Notes under the pieces: model-generated
Database searches by the model: none
What the model saw: only the letters and a program-made list of their open reading frames with translations
What the model was told of the DNA's origin: nothing
Shown: positions 1-9,641 of the stretch, piece by piece
How the letters are laid out: the number at the start of each line of letters is the position of its first letter
How positions within the stretch are numbered: the first letter of the stretch is position 1
IMG/VR virus record: IMGVR_UViG_3300009157_000021
Coordinates: 4,302-68,301 of that record
DNA length: 64,000 bases
From: a virus
Strand: one strand, 5' to 3'
Program-made: the position numbers and the translations under genes

Positions 1-795
1 CGCCCGATGGTTGTTCTTGCCCGCGAAATCGAAATTGCCGCTGTCCTTACAGTGCATCATTTCGTCGTCGTCCGCGGAGAACAGAGCGATGATGCTGGCG
101 CTGCGAATGCCGCCGACCATGACCGCATGCGACAGATGACAAATGATGTCATGACATTCAAGCGGTGTTAGTGTGCGGTCGACGACCCCACCCAGGATCT
201 CACGCATCGACTCGATTGCGGCCTTGAGATGAAGATGGCCGGGTGCCTTACCCTTGCTGCTGATGACGGCACCGGCGGGACGGATCCGCGAGTAGTTGAA
301 CTCGACGTGGAATCCATTGATATGTCCGTTGATCAGAGCGCCGACGGCATCGGCCCAACCCTCAATGCTGTCGTCCACCGTGTGGTGACAGACGAGGTTG
401 CCATCGATCCGCTTCATCCGCGGGAGCTTCGCGACGTGTCGCTTCTGCACACTGTAGCCGACGCCACACCCGCACATTAGCAGGTACATGATCTCGGCGA
501 ACACCCGCGGCCGGTCAATGTGCGTGAAGCAGCAGTTGTACATTCGTGCGTTATGGTGCAGAATCGGCTGTCCGGCGAACTGCATTGACCGCATCGATGG
601 CAGGACCATCTTGTGGTGCACGAAGTTGAATGCCCGCTCGATATGAGACGACACCACGGGGTATCGATCGAGGTGCATCTGTTTTACTCTGTCAACCGTC
701 TCGTCAAATGTCTCCCTACGACCCTGCTCGGGCAGGAATCGGGCATATTTCGTCGTGTGGATGTACGTGGAAATGGCACTATTGATGCTACTCAT
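1..795 (-). CDS. nrdJ: Class II (B12-dependent) ribonucleotide reductase, 5' part; runs off the window
   Basis: Not in the ORF track. Manual translation from ATG 795: MSSINSAISTYIHTTKYARFLPEQGRRETFDETVDR...VLPSMRSMQFAG...MYNCCF...LMCGCGVGYSV...DDSIEGWADA...IRPAG...GKAPG...VGGIRSASIIALFS. These are typical phage class II RNR motifs. Confidence 0.85.
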   Translation of the reverse strand, partial: MSSINSAISTYIHTTKYARFLPEQGRRETFDETVDRVKQMHLDRYPVVSSHIERAFNFVHHKMVLPSMRSMQFAGQPILHHNARMYNCCFTHIDRPRVFAEIMYLLMCGCGVGYSVQKRHVAKLPRMKRIDGNLVCHHTVDDSIEGWADAVGALINGHINGFHVEFNYSRIRPAGAVISSKGKAPGHLHLKAAIESMREILGGVVDRTLTPLECHDIICHLSHAVMVGGIRSASIIALFSADDDEMMHCKDSGNFDFAGKNNHRA

Positions 796-870
796 GATGA
801 TTCAGGCGATCCTTCCTCACAGTCCTTTGTTTTGATCCAACTCGCACACCTACTTTATACGTAGGTGTTC

Positions 871-1320
871 TCAGTCCAGCTCGTCATCGTCTTCCACAAT
901 CACGTCTCCCTGAGGCGTCTTGTCCCCATGATGTCCGGGATCGTGATTGAGAGCGTTGGCAAGGCGCTCGCAGACACCGGTGCACTCGAACCGCGTCTTG
1001 CAGTCGTCGCACGGATTGACGCTGTTCGGTGCCTCTTTATGAAGCCGGGTCGGCGGCTGAATGAGTTCCATCTCGGGACCGAGAATGATCACCTTGCAAT
1101 CGAGGTCCTTGAAGACCCCGATTGCATGAGTGAGAATTTCGGCGACGTGCTCGGAGAACTCCTTGACCTGCACGACGTAGGCTCTGCCGGGCTCGATGTA
1201 ACCGATGGGCTGCGGTGCGTTCTCAAGCAGGGTCATGGCCCACTTTACCACGTCATGGCCGTACATGCCGCTGTCCTCGAGGGCCGAACGAACCTCACGC
1301 AGCGCTTGTGCATGCGTCAT
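871..1320 (-). CDS. Hypothetical protein with C-terminal Cys cluster (CDDC...C...C)
   Basis: ORF 871..1404; start more likely ATG 1320 (MTHAQALRE) given the upstream ORF. Confidence 0.55.
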   Translation of the reverse strand: MTHAQALREVRSALEDSGMYGHDVVKWAMTLLENAPQPIGYIEPGRAYVVQVKEFSEHVAEILTHAIGVFKDLDCKVIILGPEMELIQPPTRLHKEAPNSVNPCDDCKTRFECTGVCERLANALNHDPGHHGDKTPQGDVIVEDDDELD

Positions 1321-1561
1321 GTTTGGATACTTCTTCACGACTCTGCTCCTCAAGGTCGAATATCTGTTGACGGTTGAACGAGTGGGGCTGTTCGAGCCTT
1401 GCACCCGGCGGCACCGGACAATCGCAGCGTGCCGCCGATCGGTTGACGAAATCGACTATCCTCGTGGTATCCAACAGGTCACATTCGCAGCAAACGGTCT
1501 CACCGCACCTGTGGCACGTCAACTGGCTGTAGGAACCACGCCAATCGTGTTGGTACTTCAT
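1295..1561 (-). CDS. Small Cys-rich hypothetical protein
   Basis: ATGA overlap with the stop of 1558..2658; CHRC, CCEC, CDC motifs. Confidence 0.5.
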   Translation of the reverse strand: MKYQHDWRGSYSQLTCHRCGETVCCECDLLDTTRIVDFVNRSAARCDCPVPPGARLEQPHSFNRQQIFDLEEQSREEVSKHDACTSAA

Positions 1562-2658
1562 TTCTTCACCGAGTTCTTGAGTCCGGGTGCGTCCTTGCCC
1601 GTCATGTACCGATATGCCTCGAACGGAGTAGGGAAGCAGACGTGCTCCATGCGGTCCGGGTGATAGACTACGGTTGGCACGCCGATCCGCCCCTGCCCAA
1701 AGTACCGCTGCGAATAGAGGCAGTCCGTCTTAAAGGTTCCCGTCTTGATGAACCAGATCCGGTCTTCGGGCAGGTTGCCCTCGACGCTGAACGCCGGGTA
1801 ATGCGTGTGGGCCGTGATGTACTCAAGTGCGATCGGACGACTCGGCGTGAAGTATTCGGCGTGCATCTGCTCCATGCGTTTGTTGCCGTGCACCGCGTTC
1901 ATGAAGCTGTGGAACCGGGTCGCGTGCGTGAACGCCATGGGATAGTTGCTGGTGCCGATGTTCAGATCGATGTAGCCCATACCCCTGAAATAGGGGATCT
2001 TGTGGGCGAACAGCATCTTCATCAGGCTCAGACCAAGGGTCCGCTCGGCAAAATCCTCACTGTGGTTGCCCCAACACATGCTGAGCAGCTTACCCTGGCC
2101 AATCAGGTCGTCGACCATGCTCTCAATCAACTCGACCTGCTTGTTGGGCGACAGGATATCATGCCGAGCGCCGACGCTCTTGTGCACGATCATCAGGTTG
2201 ATGTCATCACCGAACAGTTGCAGGTAGAACCGCTCCTCCTGGAGCAGGAACTGCCAGTGCAACAGCAACGCGTCGTACGCAATGTCAAGACCGCCAAGGT
2301 GAAGATCGGCGGCCTTCATAACGGCGATCGGTCGACCCGTTCCAATCGCGATCCGGGCATAGTCCTTCTCGATGCCCTCTTCCTTCTTGGTAGAGTCCGC
2401 GAGCTTCTTGAGGGTCTCGATGACGTTGACCTTGTTGCTCGGGCGCTTGTCGAACTGGGGCTCCGGGTGCTCCTGTGTCCCTTCGCCATCGTCGGGACTG
2501 GTGGTTCCCTTTTGCTCCCCAATCCACTTAATAAGAGTCGTAGGGCTGATGCGTCGATTCTTCGCATACGCGGTCAATGTAAGACCAGAGGTTTCAAAAT
2601 TGGCCACGATTCCGTGCTTTTCCGTCTCACTGTATTTCCGATACGACATTCCTACCAC
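1558..2658 (-). CDS. Calcineurin-like metallophosphoesterase with N-terminal HTH
   Basis: ADLHLG, GDDIN, GNH, THA, AHTH motifs; N-terminal YAKNRRISPTTLIKW HTH. Confidence 0.8.
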   Translation of the reverse strand: MVGMSYRKYSETEKHGIVANFETSGLTLTAYAKNRRISPTTLIKWIGEQKGTTSPDDGEGTQEHPEPQFDKRPSNKVNVIETLKKLADSTKKEEGIEKDYARIAIGTGRPIAVMKAADLHLGGLDIAYDALLLHWQFLLQEERFYLQLFGDDINLMIVHKSVGARHDILSPNKQVELIESMVDDLIGQGKLLSMCWGNHSEDFAERTLGLSLMKMLFAHKIPYFRGMGYIDLNIGTSNYPMAFTHATRFHSFMNAVHGNKRMEQMHAEYFTPSRPIALEYITAHTHYPAFSVEGNLPEDRIWFIKTGTFKTDCLYSQRYFGQGRIGVPTVVYHPDRMEHVCFPTPFEAYRYMTGKDAPGLKNSVKK

Positions 2659-3287
2659 TCCTTCGTGTTTTCTTTAACTCTGGTCAGTTCATCGATGAAC
2701 GCCCGGATCTGTCGGAACGTCGATTCATCGACCTTGTTGAACGTTAGAACCGGGATCTGTGCATCATTGGCATAATCGATCTCGACCTTCATCCCCCGGC
2801 TGGTGTCGAACGCGTAGGCAAAGACGCAGTCGCACTCCTTGAGGATCTCGCAGTCGATGCCGAGAATCTGCCCATCGGTGAGCAGCTTATTGGCATACGT
2901 CAGATGAACGAACTTCTCGGCCTCGCCGGGACAGTAGATATCGAGCTCCGGGAACCGCTTACGAAGCTCATTGGTTGCCAACTTTGCACGTTCACTATTG
3001 GTCATCTGCTCGGCCTTGGTCGCGTCATCAACCTTGCTCCCCCGGATCGGGTGACTCATGTACACCTTGATCGTGGGCCGGACGACTCGATGCTTGAAGT
3101 AGTGACGGACACGGATGGTCATCATGTGGTAGCAGATGTACCACGCGAAGCAGAGTGCATTGCATGCGATCACCACTGGCCAATTGGCGGCGAGCCCGAA
3201 GACGGCGGACACCATCGCCAGTTGCAGAATGATCGACAAGCTGCGATAAACAGTCGCGTTGAACACCACCTCTCTGATCTTCTTCAT
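2652..3287 (-). CDS. Two-TM (DUF2061-like) domain fused to nucleoside 2-deoxyribosyltransferase-like domain
   Basis: Hydrophobic N-terminus ending WYICYH; C-terminal KVYMSHPIRG ... CD ... SRGMKVEIDYA. Confidence 0.65.
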   Translation of the reverse strand: MKKIREVVFNATVYRSLSIILQLAMVSAVFGLAANWPVVIACNALCFAWYICYHMMTIRVRHYFKHRVVRPTIKVYMSHPIRGSKVDDATKAEQMTNSERAKLATNELRKRFPELDIYCPGEAEKFVHLTYANKLLTDGQILGIDCEILKECDCVFAYAFDTSRGMKVEIDYANDAQIPVLTFNKVDESTFRQIRAFIDELTRVKENTKEW

Positions 3288-3302
3288 CTTTCTCTCCTCG
3301 TC

Positions 3303-3944
3303 TCACCTGGGGTGACGGCAAATCGCCATACCCGGCTGACTCTGAACTGTTACGGTCGGTCGGGTGATCACCGTCCTGGTGACCCTCGACGCCTGATTAT
3401 GTACGATGACCTTGCCTTGAACACTGGCCATGTAGTCAAAGATGCAGCAATATCGATCGGGCAGGTTGTGGTATCCGCGTACCGCCAGGACCCGCTGAAG
3501 TGCGGCTTGATCCCACATGTTGGTGTTCGCCTGACACTGAGCGATCCACTCATTCACGATGTTCATGGTCTCGGGATCGTTGCGTAGCCAAACCGTGCCG
3601 CTGAGCAGTTCCGGTTCGATCGTCTTGCGTCGATATTTGCTGTGGTCAAGCAGGTGTGCGGCGACGTGTACCGCGTGATTCTTATCGAGGTCGTCGAACA
3701 GCGCTGGGTACCGCAGAAACATCGCATCGACATCAACATAGACGAGATTATCGTTGGGGTGCTTCAACAGTTGTCCCTTGAGGAACGCGGGCTTCGCTTG
3801 TGTGTTCTTCTGCCATGTTCCATGGTCTTCGGTGTGAACGATCTCGTAACGAATGCCGTGGGCAAGCATCGACTGTGCTAGCTTCGCAGCCGACTGATGA
3901 TACAAATCGTGACCGCAGAAATAGGCAGTGACCATCCAAGACAT
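3303..3944 (-). CDS. GT-A fold nucleotide-diphospho-sugar transferase
   Basis: KP...LVYVDVDA (DxD) ... SGTVW ... WDQAAL. Confidence 0.75.
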   Translation of the reverse strand: MSWMVTAYFCGHDLYHQSAAKLAQSMLAHGIRYEIVHTEDHGTWQKNTQAKPAFLKGQLLKHPNDNLVYVDVDAMFLRYPALFDDLDKNHAVHVAAHLLDHSKYRRKTIEPELLSGTVWLRNDPETMNIVNEWIAQCQANTNMWDQAALQRVLAVRGYHNLPDRYCCIFDYMASVQGKVIVHNQASRVTRTVITRPTVTVQSQPGMAICRHPR

Positions 3945-4513
3945 TAGATCACATACTCCATCAAATCAGACTGGGCGTGCGGACAGACGCCACCGTTGAC
4001 GGATCTGCCGCAGTTGCAATTGAAGCACAGGACTTGAAATCCAGACGGAAAATCATTCTGGATCAACCAGTGATAAAAGTCCCTGCCATTACCCCTACCG
4101 ACCGAATCACGATGTTTGTTTCCACGACCATCGACATGATCGATGGTCAGGAAAGCCAAACGATCCTCACCACAACAATTACATCGTCCGCCGTAGTGAT
4201 CAATGACAAGACGCTTCACATTCATGCTGCGTTGTCGGGCGTTGACGCGAAAGCCGTCCTGGTGATCGGAGTAGTATTTCCGGCCATACTCGTTCAGGCG
4301 TTTCCGGTTGGCTGATTTCCACCGTTTCATTCGCTTCGCGATCTGCTTGCCATGTTCCTCCCTGTAAACGGAACTACGCAAGCTCTCGCAATCCTTACAT
4401 TCCGCACGAAATCGTGTCTTGCCGGACCTCGTCTTATACTTCCTGAAGTGATTCTCGTCGACCGGCATCGGTCGGAAACACCGCGTGCATTCTCTCGTCT
4501 CGACCTGGTTCAA
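3944..4513 (-). CDS. HNH-family homing endonuclease-like protein
   Basis: CTRC/CKDC zinc motifs; CNCCGE...LTIDH...QVLCFNCN. Confidence 0.8.
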   Translation of the reverse strand: MNQVETRECTRCFRPMPVDENHFRKYKTRSGKTRFRAECKDCESLRSSVYREEHGKQIAKRMKRWKSANRKRLNEYGRKYYSDHQDGFRVNARQRSMNVKRLVIDHYGGRCNCCGEDRLAFLTIDHVDGRGNKHRDSVGRGNGRDFYHWLIQNDFPSGFQVLCFNCNCGRSVNGGVCPHAQSDLMEYVI

Positions 4514-4514
4514 T

Positions 4515-5366
4515 TTACATCTCCGCGATTTGCTCGTCGAACTCGGGGACCTCGACCAGACGATTCAGATCCTTGATCGTACCGAGTGTGCGGTCGACCG
4601 CGGGATTCGCCGGGGTACCGGTTATCTGCAGACCGAGATTGAACTTACTGTTGAACATCTGCAGCATCTCGAACTTGCTGACCGGGCTCGGCGAGAACAC
4701 GTGGAACAGACCGTACTTGAACCAACCCTCCCACATGATCCGGTCGACGACCTTGGCGTATTGTGTGGTCGTGATTCCGTTCCACAGGTGGTTGGTGAAT
4801 CCGTTGACCGGTTTGCCCTTTTGTGATTTTGCCCACTCGATCAAACTCACGTTGTTGTGGATCTCTTCACCGACGATGCTCGTCCTGATGGTCATACCGA
4901 GGTCCGTCTCTTCGCCGAGTGACTTGCTACGACCATAAAGGTCATCAACGTCGTGCCTATCGGTCTCGACGTACCCACCCTTGGCCCCGGAGTAGACACA
5001 ATCCGTCGTAATATTAATACATCCAACCGATCTGGCATAACAGAGCGCCGCTAACTCGTGCGGAAACACGCTGTTGATCTTGAGCGTGTTGATGATACCG
5101 GCGGCTTTGATGGCGGGCTTGATGACACCGATGCAATTGACGACGTAGTCGAACTCCTTAATTGGCCAGTTGCGGATGTCCTGCGTGCAGGGGTTGAACA
5201 GCATGACGCTCGGCACGATTCGCAGGCCAGATGCCCAATTAGTCGCGAACCCGAACGATTCGTGTCGGCAGGTCACCGAGACCTTGTACCCGGCGTCGAT
5301 CAGGTGACGTGTCACCGCGGAGCCAAGCATACCAGTACAGCCAAGAACGAGCACTTTCATTTTCAT
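4515..5366 (-). CDS. rmlD: dTDP-4-dehydrorhamnose reductase-like SDR
   Basis: LGCTGMLG, TDCVYSG, YGRSK (YxxxK), IRTS; start trimmed to MKMKVLVLG. Confidence 0.85.
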   Translation of the reverse strand: MKMKVLVLGCTGMLGSAVTRHLIDAGYKVSVTCRHESFGFATNWASGLRIVPSVMLFNPCTQDIRNWPIKEFDYVVNCIGVIKPAIKAAGIINTLKINSVFPHELAALCYARSVGCINITTDCVYSGAKGGYVETDRHDVDDLYGRSKSLGEETDLGMTIRTSIVGEEIHNNVSLIEWAKSQKGKPVNGFTNHLWNGITTTQYAKVVDRIMWEGWFKYGLFHVFSPSPVSKFEMLQMFNSKFNLGLQITGTPANPAVDRTLGTIKDLNRLVEVPEFDEQIAEM

Positions 5367-5380
5367 CCTCTCTGATGGTA

Positions 5381-5872
5381 TTACAACACCATCGTTCTCT
5401 GATGCCACTCAAAATCCCGGTCGGCGGGACGGTAATCATCAGTCCTGCAATAGTGTCGCGGCCAGTAACCGTACCGAGCCCAGAACAGAAAGTCCGATAA
5501 CGTGCGGACGACGTACCGGCGTAGGTTTGCGATACTCACAGGCTTTCTCCTTTGTCGGGGGAGCCATTCGGCTTTGTTTCCCCCTGCGTCCGGGGGCGTC
5601 AGGCGACCTGCTGCATATAGCCCAGCCTTGAGCTCGTCCGTGAGCTTCGAAAGCTCCCACGGGTGTCTGCCGCCGGAAAGATACTCGGAGTCGATCCAGA
5701 CGCCCCAACAGCCTACGGATGACACGTTCGGCTGCTCGGGATCATTCCTACCGACCTCGTAGGATAGGCCGACGACCTTACACACCTTTCCGGTCAGGTC
5801 GTCGTAGACCTCCTCGTCGACCTCGAATGGTTGTACAAGTATGGTAATTTCCATCGTGATTATCTCATCCAC
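5381..5872 (-). CDS. Hypothetical protein
   Basis: ORF in operon orientation, overlapping the upstream gene. Confidence 0.55.
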   Translation of the reverse strand: MDEIITMEITILVQPFEVDEEVYDDLTGKVCKVVGLSYEVGRNDPEQPNVSSVGCWGVWIDSEYLSGGRHPWELSKLTDELKAGLYAAGRLTPPDAGGNKAEWLPRQRRKPVSIANLRRYVVRTLSDFLFWARYGYWPRHYCRTDDYRPADRDFEWHQRTMVL

Positions 5873-6108
5873 TCATCGAACGTAATGTGTCGACCACACC
5901 GACGACACCACAACCTATTTATGTCCTTATTAAAATCCACAGATCGATTATGACCGAATAACCGGCAAATGGGTCTACCGACAACGACATCCTTTAACTG
6001 CATGGCAAGGCACTTTGACCACAGTTTAAGGGTTTCCCACCGAACCAACCATCGTAGTTTCCTATCCCTCCTTAGCTCTTCTTCAATCCGTTTCATGAAA
6101 TCGATCAT
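5860..6108 (-). CDS. Small hypothetical protein with C..GH...CRRC motif
   Basis: ATGA overlap with wecB stop; ICRLFGH...CRRCG. Confidence 0.55.
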   Translation of the reverse strand: MIDFMKRIEEELRRDRKLRWLVRWETLKLWSKCLAMQLKDVVVGRPICRLFGHNRSVDFNKDINRLWCRRCGRHITFDEWMR

Positions 6109-7193
6109 AACTCCGCCTTCAAGATGTCAACGATCTGCTGCGACGTGGTGCCGTCGCCAAGCCAGGACGCGGACATCGTGTTTATACCGCCGAGTGCACC
6201 ATCGAGCCAGTTGAAACTCCCCTGCCAGTCACTGGCAACGTGTAGCAGGTATGAGCAGTTGGCGCTCATACTCTGGGGTCGCTCGGTGTAATCGCGGGGC
6301 ACGATGACCGGGGCGCCAAGGATGGCGGGCTCCTCCTGGGCGGTGCCGCTGTCCGAGATCATGAACAGACTGTTGTACTGGGCGGCCAGGAACTGCTTGT
6401 ACGACATGAGCGGCACGATCTCGACCCAGTCCTGCTGCAGCGTGTCCATCATCCGGAACTTCATCATGTATTCGATGGTCCGATTGAACCGCAGGAACTT
6501 GACCGGTACCTTGTACTCACGGCTGCAAGCCGCGGCGTAGCCAAAGATCGAGTGCAGGCGGTTGATATCCTTGAAGTTCTCGGGACGATGAATGTCGAGC
6601 AGGATGTAGTCGCCGGCCTTCTTGGTCTGCAACAGCGAGTCACCGTACTTATGGGCGACCTCGACGATGGTGTTGCCAACCACGTGAATGCCATTGAAGA
6701 TGTTCTCACGACGGAGATTCGCCGCGTAGTCGTCGTGATAGACGAACAGGTGGTCGCTGCAATGGTCGCAGACCGTGCGGTTGATCTCTTCGAGCATGCG
6801 TCTGTCGCCCGACCTCATACCGGCCTCGATATGACCAACGCGGTAGCCCTCCTTCTTGAGGGACACCGAGCACACGACGCTGTTGCTGTCACCCAGGAAC
6901 AGGATGATGTCCGGGTGAATGCCCTGTCTACCGATCACATCATCGAGCAGCTTAACGGTGACCTCACCCGCAACCTGGTAGTGCGTCTTGCCGGGACCAC
7001 CAGCAAGCAGGTTGATGTCAGGCTCGCGAATGTCGAGCTCCTCGAAGAACACGTCGGATAGGTTGCGATCGAAGTGCTGACCACTGCGAACAAGCACGTG
7101 CCGAAAACCGGGCTCGGCGTCGAGCCTGCGGAAAATCTCGCTCATTCTTATCATGTCTGGTCGAATACCAACCACCGTCATCACTGTTGTCAT
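6105..7193 (-). CDS. wecB: UDP-N-acetylglucosamine 2-epimerase
   Basis: GIRPD, SGQH, LGDSNS, HIEAGMRS, EEINR, HRPEN, SDSGTAQEE, TERP. Confidence 0.93.
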   Translation of the reverse strand: MTTVMTVVGIRPDMIRMSEIFRRLDAEPGFRHVLVRSGQHFDRNLSDVFFEELDIREPDINLLAGGPGKTHYQVAGEVTVKLLDDVIGRQGIHPDIILFLGDSNSVVCSVSLKKEGYRVGHIEAGMRSGDRRMLEEINRTVCDHCSDHLFVYHDDYAANLRRENIFNGIHVVGNTIVEVAHKYGDSLLQTKKAGDYILLDIHRPENFKDINRLHSIFGYAAACSREYKVPVKFLRFNRTIEYMMKFRMMDTLQQDWVEIVPLMSYKQFLAAQYNSLFMISDSGTAQEEPAILGAPVIVPRDYTERPQSMSANCSYLLHVASDWQGSFNWLDGALGGINTMSASWLGDGTTSQQIVDILKAEL

Positions 7194-8050
7194 TAGAAGA
7201 AGCTCCGTTTCTGGTTGCTCTGCTGCGGCACCAACGCGTGAGGGACAACCGACGGATGAATCATGGATTCATCGTTGTTGCGGAACCGCATGCAGGCATT
7301 ACTGTGCATCTGTTGGAAACTGGCGAACGGCCGGAACATCTTGGTACCAGGCTTGACATAAATGGCGACCTGCTGACTACGGTCATACTGCAGATCGAAC
7401 CACGCATTCGTGAAGCCGATCTCGATACCAATGTCGTGGTAATGCTGCATGCCGTAGTTCATCAGGCTGGTGAAGACCTCGGTCGGTACCATCGCGACCG
7501 GGAAGTTCAGGTAATACTCGTCGCGGATCTTCGGACCCTTGACCATGAACTCCTCACCGCCGATCTCGTGCCAATTCTGCTTGTCGTTAATGAACGCGAA
7601 GCGCTGGGGCCGATCTGCGGATTCGATGAAACCGGGCACGTTGAGCAGGTTCTCCTGATGAACGTGCGTGTTGTAGCAGATCCATCGAACCGGGGTCTGC
7701 GTGAACAGAAAGTCCGAGATGTCCCGCGGCATGATCCGCTCGACGAATACATGATCTTCACAGTAAAGCAGGGTGTCCTCATCGACCAGTGCCAGACCCC
7801 GCTGGATGTTATTGATCATTGCACGGTGCCCGGTACACTCGCCGGTGACCACCTTGAAGCCCAACTCGTGGGCGGCCGGGACCAGAATCGGACGGGCGCT
7901 GTGGCCATTAAGATCCGGCTGCAGATCAATGGATAGAATGTACTTGTCGACCTTGAGCTCGCCCGCTGCGAAGACATCACGCATCGCACGCAGCGTCATC
8001 TCGGTCCGGTGCGGCAGGTCGGTGGTGATCATCAGACAGGCAGTGCTCAT
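7193..8050 (-). CDS. Hypothetical protein, possibly a divergent GT-A glycosyltransferase
   Basis: NIQRGL...LLYCEDH resembles the GT2 EDD region; cluster context; ATG 8050 overlaps the upstream stop. Confidence 0.45.
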   Translation of the reverse strand: MSTACLMITTDLPHRTEMTLRAMRDVFAAGELKVDKYILSIDLQPDLNGHSARPILVPAAHELGFKVVTGECTGHRAMINNIQRGLALVDEDTLLYCEDHVFVERIMPRDISDFLFTQTPVRWICYNTHVHQENLLNVPGFIESADRPQRFAFINDKQNWHEIGGEEFMVKGPKIRDEYYLNFPVAMVPTEVFTSLMNYGMQHYHDIGIEIGFTNAWFDLQYDRSQQVAIYVKPGTKMFRPFASFQQMHSNACMRFRNNDESMIHPSVVPHALVPQQSNQKRSFF

Positions 8051-8904
8051 CGGAAGTTGTCCTCCCAAATGTTCCATTTATCCCACGAAAATCTGGTATC
8101 ATCCCCCTTTGATTCTTCCAACGTAGAGGTGGAGAAGAACTGGATGATTCCAGTAGCGGTTAGATTCATGAAACCATTTGCGTACCCACTCGGGACGAAC
8201 AACAATTTTGGTTGCTTATCTGACAACACGAATTTATCGACCTTCTCAGTTTCAAGGTTAACGGCACCAAACAGGAACGTGCCGTCGATAACAAACGCGA
8301 ATTTACACTCAACGTTGTGTGCGTGCCACGCCCTAATCATGCCAGGCTTCTCATGATAAACAGTGTAGATTCGTCTGATATTCCTCATGTTGAAGTCATT
8401 CACGAACGCAATCGAACCACGATCATCGATAAATAGATTGCCATTGATGACTTGAGGAATGTTGGCGGGAATCCTAACAGCCCCGCCAGCGTGCGGACAT
8501 ATGCCACCGTTCACTTGTCTTCCGTCGTTACAATTGAAGCACAGAACCTGAAAGTCCGGTGGAAAGTCATTCCGAATCAACCATCTGTATACAGCGTGAC
8601 CACCATGACCAATTTCCTTCCTATGCTTCGTGCCACCACCGTTAATGTGGTCGATGGTTAGGAACTGCAACCGGTCCTCACCACAGCAGGCACATCTACC
8701 GCCGTAATGAGCCATCACCATAGACTTAGTTTCCTCAGCAACCTTCCTATTTCTCGATCGAATCGAATCTTTGTGATCGTCTCTCCAAGTCTTCCAACAT
8801 GTCTTACATACCGACGCCAGGCCATACTTTCCACCATCCGACTTATGGAAATGGTCGGTGTCAGCCGGTTGTTCTACATTACAACGTGTGCATGTCTTTA
8901 CCAA
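8047..8904 (-). CDS. rmlC: HNH-like domain fused to dTDP-4-dehydrorhamnose 3,5-epimerase-like cupin
   Basis: N-terminal CACCGE...LTIDH...VLCFNCN; C-terminal DDRG...IRAWHAH...VPSGYANGF. Confidence 0.75.
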   Translation of the reverse strand: MVKTCTRCNVEQPADTDHFHKSDGGKYGLASVCKTCWKTWRDDHKDSIRSRNRKVAEETKSMVMAHYGGRCACCGEDRLQFLTIDHINGGGTKHRKEIGHGGHAVYRWLIRNDFPPDFQVLCFNCNDGRQVNGGICPHAGGAVRIPANIPQVINGNLFIDDRGSIAFVNDFNMRNIRRIYTVYHEKPGMIRAWHAHNVECKFAFVIDGTFLFGAVNLETEKVDKFVLSDKQPKLLFVPSGYANGFMNLTATGIIQFFSTSTLEESKGDDTRFSWDKWNIWEDNFR

Positions 8905-8908
8905 AGTA

Positions 8909-9352
8909 TTATTCCCTCTCCGGCTTCATCTTGTCCTGTGTGTCACCAATATCAATCGGACCAATGAGATCACAGAAACGAATGGGGTGATCATTTAGAA
9001 TCCGAAACCGGCTTAACGTCGCGAAACCCTTCTGCGAAAGATCCAATGATTGCGTCTCAGGGATAACGATTGGGGTGTATTGAAACGGATTAACATTAGT
9101 TCGCTCCCGAACTCCATTGCTCTCCTCCGCCAACCGATCAATATCCTCCCAGTCTATATGCCGGGTCGTGGTACCATGCAACCACTTCACATCCTTGATG
9201 ACCCATTTGGTGGATATCCAGCGAGTATATACCAACAGTCGAAGAAGATTACGGATCGGTTGATGGTAGAACTGATCGACCGGCCAACCGTTCTTGTCAA
9301 GGAAGTAAAACCGGACCTTCGGTACGTTATGCGGGCACCACATTCTGCACAA
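8909..9352 (-). CDS. Hypothetical protein
   Basis: ORF in operon orientation. Confidence 0.5.
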   Translation of the reverse strand: MCRMWCPHNVPKVRFYFLDKNGWPVDQFYHQPIRNLLRLLVYTRWISTKWVIKDVKWLHGTTTRHIDWEDIDRLAEESNGVRERTNVNPFQYTPIVIPETQSLDLSQKGFATLSRFRILNDHPIRFCDLIGPIDIGDTQDKMKPERE

Positions 9353-9614
9353 CCTCCGTCACGTTCAGGTCAACCATCTCTACCTCAAGACTCTTCTGAT
9401 GGACCGAGACCGCTCCGCAGCGAATGTCGGAGCAGTACCGCACGTCCTCACGCAGAACCACGCCGGGCTGTGTGAAGAGCTCGCCCTTGTCCAGGCTCAA
9501 CACCTGGTACACATCCGGCTTGCCAACGAACTTGAACGTACTTCCGGATGCAAGATCACCAAGAGTTCTACGATCACGCTCGAATATCTGTAGTCTCATT
9601 ATTCGACCTTTCAT
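9327..9614 (-). CDS. Hypothetical protein
   Basis: ORF in operon orientation. Confidence 0.55.
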   Translation of the reverse strand: MKGRIMRLQIFERDRRTLGDLASGSTFKFVGKPDVYQVLSLDKGELFTQPGVVLREDVRYCSDIRCGAVSVHQKSLEVEMVDLNVTEVVQNVVPA

Positions 9615-9641
9615 TTCGGCCGTTATACTGCGGGCCGTCGG

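Noticed and set aside
851-860. TATAAA-like box upstream of the RNR gene
   Set aside because: A single short match without a clear -35 element; too weak to call.
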